Source of the DNA: Bacteroidales bacterium
Lineage (GTDB): Bacteria > Bacteroidota > Bacteroidia > Bacteroidales > GWA2-32-17
NCBI GenBank assembly: GCA_026417155.1
Contig: JAOADU010000060.1
Location: 11,604 to 75,603, forward strand
Direction: 5' to 3'
Length of the DNA stretch: 64,000 bases
Numbering within the stretch: the first letter of the stretch is position 1; every line of letters starts with the position of its first letter. The position numbers and the translations under genes are program-made. The notes below the pieces were generated by a model that saw only the letters and a list, made by a program, of their open reading frames with translations, was not told where the DNA came from and ran no database searches. Below, one piece after another: positions 46,164 to 54,602 of the stretch.

Positions 46164-47060
46164 ATGTTTTCTCTTAAAGATGCAAAAATTCAGTTAATAG
46201 TTTTATTTATATTAGCTTTTATTTGGGGTTCATCCTTTATTCTTATTAAAAAAAGCTTAATTATTTTTTCGGATACAGAAGTTGCTGCTTTACGTATTTT
46301 TATTTCTGCATTAGTATTAATACCTTTCGGTTTAAATAGGATTAAGACGCTTTCATCACGCGATTTTTGGAATGTTGTGTTGTCGGGAATAATAGGAACA
46401 GGAATCCCGGCATTTTTGTTTGCAATAGCTCAACGTCATATAACAAGCTCCGAAGCGTCAATATACAATTCATTAACTCCATTATTTACCTTATTGTTTG
46501 CCTTTTTTATGTTTAATACAAAGGTACATGTGATTAATTTTATGGGAATTATATTAGGACTTGCTGGGGCAATTTTTTTAATTACCCAACGCACTCCTTC
46601 ACAAGCAGGATTTTCATCTTCACCAGAGTATGGAATATTACTGGTTGTGGCAACCATAATGTATGGATATAATACAAATCATGTAAAGCATAAACTTGCT
46701 CAAATAGACGGGATTACAATAGTCTCTGTATCGTTTCTTATTATGTTAGTACCTTCTTCGCTTTTTATTTTTACACCAACTTTTTTTCAAAAAGTGTCGA
46801 ACGAATACTTTATGACGGCATTATTGTACATGAGTATTTTAGCTATATTAGGGACATCTTTAGCACTAATAATTTGGAATAAATTGATAAAAAACATTTC
46901 GGCTATATATGCGAGTACTGTTACATATATTATTCCTGTATTTGCTTTAATGTGGGGACTTTATGATAGTGAAAAATTGCATTGGAATCATGGTATAGCA
47001 ATTATTTGTATTTTTACAGGAATTTATTTAGTAAACTATAAATCAAAAAATGGAATTTAA
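46164..47060 (+). CDS. DMT superfamily (EamA) transporter
   Basis: 298 aa, with about 10 TM helices forming two EamA-like halves. Confidence 0.75.
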   Translation: MFSLKDAKIQLIVLFILAFIWGSSFILIKKSLIIFSDTEVAALRIFISALVLIPFGLNRIKTLSSRDFWNVVLSGIIGTGIPAFLFAIAQRHITSSEASIYNSLTPLFTLLFAFFMFNTKVHVINFMGIILGLAGAIFLITQRTPSQAGFSSSPEYGILLVVATIMYGYNTNHVKHKLAQIDGITIVSVSFLIMLVPSSLFIFTPTFFQKVSNEYFMTALLYMSILAILGTSLALIIWNKLIKNISAIYASTVTYIIPVFALMWGLYDSEKLHWNHGIAIICIFTGIYLVNYKSKNGI

Positions 47061-48654
47061 TCGTTGGCAACGCTTATTTTTATCATTTTCTAGTGGAATA
47101 TTATTATTTGGAGGGTGGGCAGGTGGAATTTGGCAATGGCTTGTAATATTTGCTTTTGTGCCACTTTTATTGGTTGAACATTATTTATACTTGAATAAAC
47201 ATCATTATAAAAGTTATCATTTCTTTTTATATGCTTATTTATCATTTATAGTGTGGAATGCGTTTTCTACATGGTGGATAATGAAGGCAACCCTTGTAGG
47301 GGCAATACTTGCTATTGTGTTGAATGCTTTTTTTGCAGCAATAGTAGCTTGGTTATTTCATTTAGTTAAAAGGAACACTTCCATTCGCATAGGTTACATG
47401 TTTTTTATTGCTTCGTGGTTAGCATTTGAATATTTACATTTCAATTGGGAACTTTCGTGGACATGGATGACTTTAGGGAATGCTTTTTCAGAACAGGTTT
47501 GGTTTGTTCAATGGTATGAATATACTGGTGTTTTGGGTGGTAGTTTGTTTATTTTACTTGTAAATGTATGTTTCATATTAATTTTTATTCAGTGGATAAT
47601 TGATGCGTATGTAAAAAGAAAATTGATTGTTGCCTTGCTGTTTTTATTAATAATACCGAGTGTAGTTTCGTTGTGGAAATATCATCATAACAACGATCAA
47701 GGCATACCTGTTCGTGTGTTAATTATTCAGCCCAATATCGATCCTTACAACGATAAATTTTCGGGAATGAGTGTAGAGGAACAAATACAAAGAATTATAG
47801 AGTTAACTCAGAATAATATTCAAGACAACAACGATTATGTGATAGGGCCAGAAACTGCTTTGCCACAAGGTATTTGGGAAGAAGATTTGGACGTTCATCC
47901 GCAAATAATTATTTTTAAAAAATTAGCAGCAAAATATAAAAATAGTTTCATTTTAGGTGCATCTACATATCGTATGTTTGATGCCCCTGTTAGTCCTGTT
48001 GCACGAAAGTTTGATGATGGGAACGGATATTATGAAGCGTATAATACTGCTCTACAAATTGATTCTAATAAGATTCAAGTATTTCATAAATCAAAATTAG
48101 TATTAGGTGTTGAGAAAATGCCATTCCCAAAAACACTTTCATTTTTAGAAGATTTAGCATTAGATTTGGGAGGAACATCAGGAAGTTTAGGAACACAAAC
48201 AGAACCAACAATTTTTGAGGGTAAAAGTAAAGTTGCTCCGGCAATTTGTTATGAATCGGTTTATGGTGAATATTTGTCCAAATTTATCATCGCTGGTGCA
48301 CAATGGATAGCAGTTATTACAAACGATGGTTGGTGGGATGATACACCTGGTTATCGTCAACATTTATCCTATAGCAGGTTGCGTGCCATTGAATTTCGTA
48401 AAAGCATTGCACGAAGCGCAAATACAGGTATTTCGGCTATCATTAATCAACGTGGCGATATTATTACGTCAACATCATGGTGGAAACCCGAAGCTATAAA
48501 AGGAACTATTTATGCGAATAATATTAAAACATTTTATAGTATTTGGGGAGATTATATTGGTCGCATCGCTCAATATTTAACGATATTGTTATTATTAGTT
48601 TTTGTATCAAAACTTTGGATGAAAAAGCTAACCAAGTTCGCTAATGCGTTCTAA
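47050..48654 (+). CDS. lnt: apolipoprotein N-acyltransferase
   Basis: 534 aa. A multi-TM N-terminus is followed by a CN-hydrolase domain with the catalytic Cys block APAICYESVYGE. Confidence 0.9.
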   Translation: MEFNRWQRLFLSFSSGILLFGGWAGGIWQWLVIFAFVPLLLVEHYLYLNKHHYKSYHFFLYAYLSFIVWNAFSTWWIMKATLVGAILAIVLNAFFAAIVAWLFHLVKRNTSIRIGYMFFIASWLAFEYLHFNWELSWTWMTLGNAFSEQVWFVQWYEYTGVLGGSLFILLVNVCFILIFIQWIIDAYVKRKLIVALLFLLIIPSVVSLWKYHHNNDQGIPVRVLIIQPNIDPYNDKFSGMSVEEQIQRIIELTQNNIQDNNDYVIGPETALPQGIWEEDLDVHPQIIIFKKLAAKYKNSFILGASTYRMFDAPVSPVARKFDDGNGYYEAYNTALQIDSNKIQVFHKSKLVLGVEKMPFPKTLSFLEDLALDLGGTSGSLGTQTEPTIFEGKSKVAPAICYESVYGEYLSKFIIAGAQWIAVITNDGWWDDTPGYRQHLSYSRLRAIEFRKSIARSANTGISAIINQRGDIITSTSWWKPEAIKGTIYANNIKTFYSIWGDYIGRIAQYLTILLLLVFVSKLWMKKLTKFANAF

Positions 48655-49329
48655 TTTTGCTAAGTTTAATATTTTGATTTTTCTACCTTCGATAGCAACA
48701 ACTTGTTCTTGTTCGAATTGTCGAAGCGTTCTAATTGCGTTCGAGTTGGTCATGTTGCTAAGACTTGCAATATCTTCTCTCGATAAATAAGCACTAATAG
48801 TCATCCCATCTTCTTCAAATCCATATGTGTCTAAGAGAACTAGCAAAGATTCGGCAAGACGTCCACGAACATGCTTTTGAGTAAGTGTGACGCAGCGACT
48901 ATTCGAAAACCCTAGCTCGGTAGCAAGAGATTTAATAATTTGTAGCGATAGATTAGAATTTTTTCGTAAAACTTCGAAGAAAGCATCCTTTTCTATTATA
49001 CAAATAACAGAATTTTCCAAAGCCATAGCCGATGCTAAATAATTTTCTTCGGCAAATAAAGCCCGATATCCAATAAATCCAACAGGTTTAGCTAAACGAA
49101 CAATTTGCTCTCTGCCCCCAAAACCTTCTTTGTATATTTTTACTTTTCCTTCCGACAAGCAAATTAAGCCCGTAGGTCGCTCGCCTTCTTTATAAATAAT
49201 TTCGTTACGTTTTACTTGTATGCATGCATTGTGATGGCTTAAAAATTCTAGTTCTTCGTTAGATAATACAGAGAACAAAGGCTTTATTTTATCAAAACAA
49301 TAGCACATTTTTTGTTTATAGTCTCTCAT
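48628..49329 (-). CDS. Crp/Fnr family transcriptional regulator
   Basis: 233 aa. It has a cNMP-binding-like beta-roll (GLICLSEGKVKIYKEGFGGREQIVRL) and a C-terminal HTH (REDIASLSNMTNSNAIRTLRQF). The N-terminus reads MRDYKQKMCYCFDKIKP. Its 3' end overlaps the lnt 3' end by 27 nt. Confidence 0.85.
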   Translation of the reverse strand: MRDYKQKMCYCFDKIKPLFSVLSNEELEFLSHHNACIQVKRNEIIYKEGERPTGLICLSEGKVKIYKEGFGGREQIVRLAKPVGFIGYRALFAEENYLASAMALENSVICIIEKDAFFEVLRKNSNLSLQIIKSLATELGFSNSRCVTLTQKHVRGRLAESLLVLLDTYGFEEDGMTISAYLSREDIASLSNMTNSNAIRTLRQFEQEQVVAIEGRKIKILNLAKLERISELG

Positions 49330-49332
49330 AAA

Positions 49333-49375
49333 TGCTATACCTTGTTAAAAAACAATGTTGTATAGCACAAAATTA
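49333..49375 (-). promoter_or_regulatory. -7 box TAATTTTG (49368-49375, minus strand) followed by a nested palindrome (49333-49367) just upstream of the crp/fnr-like start codon
   Basis: Outer 8-bp arms are TGCTATAC and GTATAGCA. The inner palindrome TTGTT-AAAA-AACAA (49342-49355) has the 5-4-5 geometry of Crp/Fnr-family boxes. The palindrome ends 4 nt before the ATG. Confidence 0.45.
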
Positions 49376-49442
49376 CACATTTATTTAATTCGGTGTAACT
49401 TTATATTTACTAAAATTTTGAAAAAATGAATAAAATTTTAAA

Positions 49443-50030
49443 CTAGTTTAATGAAGGGTTAGCAGGTACATTTAACCAAAAATGATATTTTTTATCGAGT
49501 AATATAACACTTCGTTTCCAAAGCCACTTGGGATCTTCTTCAAAAACCTGTTCACTGTCGGTTTTAGATACAACCCAAAAATGTTTTGAAAGTTCTTCAT
49601 TTAATTGATTTTTTCCCCAGCCAGAGTAGCCTATAAAAAAACGGATGTCTTTTTCTTTGATAATATCATTTTTCATTAGTTTGAGAAGTTCGTCAATATC
49701 GCCACCCCAAAAAATTTCGTCGTGAATTTGTTTTGAATTGAGTAATGCTTGTTTGCTTCTATAAATAAAGTGTAATGTATTGGTTGCGACAGGTCCACCT
49801 AAAAAAACTGGAGTGTAAAAATTTTTAAATTTAGGTAACAACTGTTGAATGGTAAAACCGGAATTTTTATTTAAAATGTATCCAAGACTTCCTTCGTCAT
49901 TGTGTTCTGTTAATAAAACGACGGAACGAGCAAAAATGCCATCAAGTAAAAGTGGTTCGGCGATTAATAATCGTCCCGCAGATGGATCTATTTTTTGTGT
50001 TATTTTGAATATGTTTGGAAGTATGGTCAT
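49443..50030 (-). CDS. YqgE/AlgH family protein (UPF0301)
   Basis: 195 aa. GRLLIAEPLLLD..FARSVVLL.EHN.EGSLGYILNK and GYSGWGKNQLNEEL blocks. Confidence 0.88.
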   Translation of the reverse strand: MTILPNIFKITQKIDPSAGRLLIAEPLLLDGIFARSVVLLTEHNDEGSLGYILNKNSGFTIQQLLPKFKNFYTPVFLGGPVATNTLHFIYRSKQALLNSKQIHDEIFWGGDIDELLKLMKNDIIKEKDIRFFIGYSGWGKNQLNEELSKHFWVVSKTDSEQVFEEDPKWLWKRSVILLDKKYHFWLNVPANPSLN

Positions 50031-50070
50031 GTTTTAAAATTTTTAATTATCAGTTATTCACAATATTTTG

Positions 50071-50078
50071 TAACTTTG
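50071..50078 (+). promoter_or_regulatory. -7 box TAACTTTG for wza-like gene
   Basis: Exact TAnnTTTG, 25 nt upstream of the ATG at 50104. Confidence 0.45.
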
Positions 50079-50103
50079 AACATTCATTTCTAAATATTTA
50101 TGT

Positions 50104-50886
50104 ATGCAAATTTTTTGCCAAGCTATAAAGTACAGCATTTTTGTCATATTTCTGACAGGGTTGCTTTCTTGTACAACTTATCGCAAAATGACGTACTTAC
50201 AACATATTTCAGCAGAGGATTCGCTGATTAGCAATGTTTATGGACAAGAAACATATAAATTGCAAAGTGGCGATATTATTTATATTCGAATTTCTAGTTT
50301 AAATAAGGAAATCAATGATTTGTTTAATTCGAACGAAAATATTGCTGTATCGGCTATTAATGAAGCAGCAATGTATTTTAAAAGTTATACAATAGACGAC
50401 AAAGGATACATTGAAATGCCTGTTATTGGGAAGGTTCATGTTGCCAATAAAACTCTTGCAGAAGTTCAAGAAGCAATTCAACAGTTAACTTTGGTATATT
50501 TTAAAGAAGTGTATGTAACAGTTAAATATGCTGGTTTTAAAGTTACCATTTTAGGTGAAGTTAGAAAACCAGGAGTTTTTTACTTTTATAACAGCAAAGC
50601 AACTATTTTGGAAGCCTTGGGACAAGCAGGTGATTTAAATGAGTTTGGGAATCGAGAAAATCTGTTAATTGTTCGTTCAACGAATAATGGACTTAAAACA
50701 ATTCGAGTCAATCTTCTTGATAAAAATTTATTAAAGTCTCCCGACTTATATATACAACCAAACGACGTAATTTATGTTGAACCATTAAAATCGAAATCGT
50801 GGAAACTCAACTCATATAATGTTTCAATTATTTTGTCGTCTATAAGCACGTTAGTTTTAGTTATCAGTTTTGTACTAAAATTGTAA
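50104..50886 (+). CDS. polysaccharide export outer-membrane lipoprotein (Wza-like; Poly_export + SLBB)
   Basis: 260 aa with lipobox GLLSC. YKLQSGDIIYIRI, GYIEMPVIGKVHVANKTLAEVQEAI and TILEALGQAGD blocks. Confidence 0.85.
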   Translation: MQIFCQAIKYSIFVIFLTGLLSCTTYRKMTYLQHISAEDSLISNVYGQETYKLQSGDIIYIRISSLNKEINDLFNSNENIAVSAINEAAMYFKSYTIDDKGYIEMPVIGKVHVANKTLAEVQEAIQQLTLVYFKEVYVTVKYAGFKVTILGEVRKPGVFYFYNSKATILEALGQAGDLNEFGNRENLLIVRSTNNGLKTIRVNLLDKNLLKSPDLYIQPNDVIYVEPLKSKSWKLNSYNVSIILSSISTLVLVISFVLKL

Positions 50887-50889
50887 TTT

Positions 50890-53364
50890 ATGGATTCGCC
50901 AGTTTTTCAAAATAATTCGCAACAAAATACGGAAAATATTGACATACAAAAATTTTTATTTAAAGTTTTTGCCAATTGGTATTGGTTTGCTTTAACTGTA
51001 TTTATTGCCATTAGTGTTGCTTATTTTGTCAACAGATATTCCGATCCTGTATATAAGCTTAGTGCATTGGTGCTTATTCAAGATAAAGAAAATACCCTTT
51101 CGGGAGGGATTGAGAGCATCTTGGAAGAACAGGGTATATTGCGAAGAACAAGAAAAAAAGTTGTGGAAAACGAAATGGCCGTTATCAAAAGCTTTAAATT
51201 AGTAAAAGAAACTATAAATCAGCTCGATGAATTTGATATATCTTATTTTTCAGTGGGTCGTATAAGAACAATAGAACGATACAAAGCATCGCCCTTTAAA
51301 GTTGTTGTTGATACTTCTGAGAATAATCTTTATGGAACGCCTGTATATGTGAAGCTTATAGATAATGATGTGTATAGTTTGCAGGTAGATAAAGATAAAG
51401 TGGTAAATAAAAAGATGCGTTTTGGCGAAAAATATCAAAGCAAAAATTTTTCTTTTACTATTTACTTAAATGAAAACCAAGATATTACTAAGATGAAGTT
51501 GACAGACAAACAATATTTTTTTGTCATTAATAATTTATCGGATGTTGTTAAGCAGTATCGAAATAAAATAAACATTGTAACTACCGATAAAAAATCAACA
51601 GTAATTGAAATTTCAACTGCAGGCTTGGTTCCTCAGAAAGAAATAGATTTCCTGAATAAATTAATCGAAGTGTATATACAAAATGGCTTATACGAAAAAA
51701 ACCTTATAGCTCAAAATACAATCAATTTTATTGATGAACAATTAGCAGAGATAACCGATTCGTTGGCGTTAAATGAAAACAATTTAAAAAATTTTCGCCA
51801 AGCATACAATTTAATTGATATTTCGAAAGAAGGGTCGGCTTTGTATGATAGACTTATTACGGCACAAAAACAAAAAAGTGAACTGCTCATTAAGAAGAGT
51901 TATTTAGAATATTTAAAAAAATATTTAACGCAAAACAATGATCTAAGTCAAATTGTAATACCATCTTCATTAGGAATTAATGATCCAGCCCTATTGGAGC
52001 TAATTAGACAACTAATTGCATTATATCAGGAAAAAAATAACTTTTTAATAACGGCAACAGAAAAGAACCCTGCTTACGAAGCCGTTGTTAATAAAATTGC
52101 ACAAACCCGTAAGTTATTGATAGAAAACAATGAAATGCTTTTACGTTCGACTGAAATAAATCTTGCCGAAATTGATAAAAATATTCAGTCAATAGAACTA
52201 GGATTTAAGCAACTGCCTGCTACGGAAAAAGAATATATCAATATACAACGAAGGTATAAACTAAACGATCAAATATATACATATTTATTAACAAAAAGAG
52301 CTGAAGCAGGTATCGCAAAAGCTTCAAATATTCCTGACAATAAAATATTAGATTATGCTTCGTTAGATACAAAAGTTCAAATAGCACCAAAGTATTCGTT
52401 AAATTATTTAATAGCAATAGTTTTAGGTTTATTATTACCCTTAGTAGTGATTATATTAATAGACTTTTTTAATACTACGATCAACGATATTTCCGATATT
52501 GAACACAAGGTTAAGGTACCAATAATTGGTGTAATAGGTCATAATCATAAAAATATAGATTTTGTAGTTTACCAATCGCCAAAATCTACTATTGCCGAAT
52601 CATTTCGTACTATTCGAACAAACATTCAATACTTGCATCCCGATAAAGAGATGCCTTCACATGTTATTGCAATAACTTCTACCATTAGCGAAGAAGGTAA
52701 AACATTTTGTGCCATTAATATTGCATCGTCATATGCATTGTTAGGGAAAAAAACACTGCTAATGGGTTTAGACTTAAGAAGACCAAGAATTCATGAAACG
52801 ATTAATGTCCCCAATAATATTGGCATAAGTACTTATTTGCTCGGAAACACAAGCTTAAATGATATTATTATCGCTACAAACCAGGAACATTTGTATTTTA
52901 TTCCTACCGGACCTGTACCTCCCAACCCTGCCGAACTACTCGAAAGCAAAAAAATGTTTCAATTAATAGAAACATTACGCAATATGTTTGAGATTATTGT
53001 AATAGACACACCCCCCGTAGCTTTAGTAACCGATGCATTACTAATTTCACGGTTCAGTGACACCAACATATTTGTTATTAGACAAAATTATAGTAAAAAA
53101 AATGTAATAAGTTTCCTTAATACAATAAAGAGCAGCTATACGCATACATTATTGACACTTTTAATTAATGATGTTAAAATTAATTCATATTACGGAAGAA
53201 GCTATAATTATTATGGATCGTATGGCTATGGATATACGTACGGATATAATTACAATAAGAAAACTGGTTATTATGACGACGAAGACGAATATATACCAAA
53301 ATTTACACTTAAACGATTAATTCAGATTTTATTTCCATTTAAAATTACAACAAGAAAAAATTAG
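50890..53364 (+). CDS. polysaccharide co-polymerase/tyrosine autokinase (Wzc-like)
   Basis: 824 aa. A Wzz-type N-terminus with 2 TM helices and a coiled periplasmic domain. The C-terminal kinase has Walker A SEEGKTF, the VIDTPPV block and the Tyr-rich tail YYGRSYNYYGSYGYGYTYGYNY. Confidence 0.88.
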   Translation: MDSPVFQNNSQQNTENIDIQKFLFKVFANWYWFALTVFIAISVAYFVNRYSDPVYKLSALVLIQDKENTLSGGIESILEEQGILRRTRKKVVENEMAVIKSFKLVKETINQLDEFDISYFSVGRIRTIERYKASPFKVVVDTSENNLYGTPVYVKLIDNDVYSLQVDKDKVVNKKMRFGEKYQSKNFSFTIYLNENQDITKMKLTDKQYFFVINNLSDVVKQYRNKINIVTTDKKSTVIEISTAGLVPQKEIDFLNKLIEVYIQNGLYEKNLIAQNTINFIDEQLAEITDSLALNENNLKNFRQAYNLIDISKEGSALYDRLITAQKQKSELLIKKSYLEYLKKYLTQNNDLSQIVIPSSLGINDPALLELIRQLIALYQEKNNFLITATEKNPAYEAVVNKIAQTRKLLIENNEMLLRSTEINLAEIDKNIQSIELGFKQLPATEKEYINIQRRYKLNDQIYTYLLTKRAEAGIAKASNIPDNKILDYASLDTKVQIAPKYSLNYLIAIVLGLLLPLVVIILIDFFNTTINDISDIEHKVKVPIIGVIGHNHKNIDFVVYQSPKSTIAESFRTIRTNIQYLHPDKEMPSHVIAITSTISEEGKTFCAINIASSYALLGKKTLLMGLDLRRPRIHETINVPNNIGISTYLLGNTSLNDIIIATNQEHLYFIPTGPVPPNPAELLESKKMFQLIETLRNMFEIIVIDTPPVALVTDALLISRFSDTNIFVIRQNYSKKNVISFLNTIKSSYTHTLLTLLINDVKINSYYGRSYNYYGSYGYGYTYGYNYNKKTGYYDDEDEYIPKFTLKRLIQILFPFKITTRKN

Positions 53365-53367
53365 CTG

Positions 53368-53375
53368 TATATTTG
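53368..53375 (+). promoter_or_regulatory. -7 box TATATTTG for response regulator gene
   Basis: Exact TAnnTTTG, 18 nt upstream of ATG 53394. The TTG 'start' at 53373 in the ORF track is part of the box. Confidence 0.45.
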
Positions 53376-53393
53376 TATAGTTTTATTAAAATT

Positions 53394-54050
53394 ATGGATA
53401 CAATTCGCGTTTTCTTAGTAGATGATCACGAAATTTTTTTAAAAGGCCTAAAAACATTAATAGAAGAAATTCCATATGTGCAACTTGTGGGTGTTGCTAT
53501 GAACGGTAAAGAATTTCTCGAAAAGTTAGAAACAACATTGCCCGATGTAGTATTTATGGATATAAAAATGCCATACGTTAATGGAATAGAAGCCACAAAA
53601 AAAGCAATCGAGATAAAACCAAATATAAAAATTATTGCGTTGAGCATGTATGGCGATGAGGAACATTTGCAAGTAATGTTAGATGCAGGAGCAAAAGGAT
53701 TCTTATTAAAAAATTCTTCAAAGGAAGATATTGAACGGGCGATAAAAACAGTTACTCAAGGTAAAAATTATTTTTCTGATGATTTAATATCATTGCTAAC
53801 AAGTCTTTACTTTACACAAAAGCAAATTAAAGAAGCCGAAAAAGAAATACCGAAATTTTCCAAAAAAGAACTTGAAATTCTTGAATTAATTTGCAAAGGT
53901 TATACAAGTGTAGAGATAGGACAAATGTTAAATATGAGCAACCGAACAGTTGATGGACATAGGGCAGCAATGATGGAAAAAATTGGAGCCAAAAATACGG
54001 TACAACTAGTAACATTTGCAATAAAACACAAGTTAGTTTTTATTTATTAG
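53394..54050 (+). CDS. NarL/FixJ (LuxR-type HTH) response regulator, no adjacent sensor kinase
   Basis: Starts MDTIRVFLVDDHEIF. Receiver domain with phospho-acceptor context VVFMDIKMP. C-terminal LuxR HTH reads ELEILELICKGYTSVEIGQMLNMSNRTVDGHR. Confidence 0.88.
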   Translation: MDTIRVFLVDDHEIFLKGLKTLIEEIPYVQLVGVAMNGKEFLEKLETTLPDVVFMDIKMPYVNGIEATKKAIEIKPNIKIIALSMYGDEEHLQVMLDAGAKGFLLKNSSKEDIERAIKTVTQGKNYFSDDLISLLTSLYFTQKQIKEAEKEIPKFSKKELEILELICKGYTSVEIGQMLNMSNRTVDGHRAAMMEKIGAKNTVQLVTFAIKHKLVFIY

Positions 54051-54168
54051 CTACTAATTATTATTATTTTATTTTCACCTTTGTAAATTTAATCATCAAA
54101 ATTAGAGGAAATTATTTATTATTTTGGCAACTTAATTAGTAAATTAACGTCTTTGAAAAAAATGGTGT

Positions 54169-54600
54169 ATGAAGTCGTATTGTTTAATTTTTATCTTATT
54201 AATTTCGTATAATAAATTCATTGGTCAATCTTTCGATTACAAACTTATTTACAATGATCAAGGAATACAAATATTTGCAAAGGAAATCGAATGTCATGAC
54301 AATCAAAATGGTATTCATCAAGCATTTTATGCATTGCAGTTTGTAAACACAACTTCCGAAAATATAACAATTTCATGGAATATTGATTATTGGATGAATG
54401 GAGCATGTGTAACATGCAGTAAACCCAAAAACGCTGAAAATACCTATACCTTGCAGCTTAGCCCAGGCCAGTCATATGAAGGTAATTGCGAAAGAAATTC
54501 TATTCGTGGAACAAAAATTTATATCAGAGAATTATATAATTCAAAAAGTGCTGCATTGTCTAAATTTGAATTAGTTAATGTAACAGTTAATTTTAATTAG
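54169..54600 (+). CDS. small secreted hypothetical protein
   Basis: 143 aa with a signal peptide, 4 Cys and no recognisable motif. It ends 2 nt before the giant adhesin gene. Confidence 0.45.
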   Translation: MKSYCLIFILLISYNKFIGQSFDYKLIYNDQGIQIFAKEIECHDNQNGIHQAFYALQFVNTTSENITISWNIDYWMNGACVTCSKPKNAENTYTLQLSPGQSYEGNCERNSIRGTKIYIRELYNSKSAALSKFELVNVTVNFN

Positions 54601-54602
54601 TT

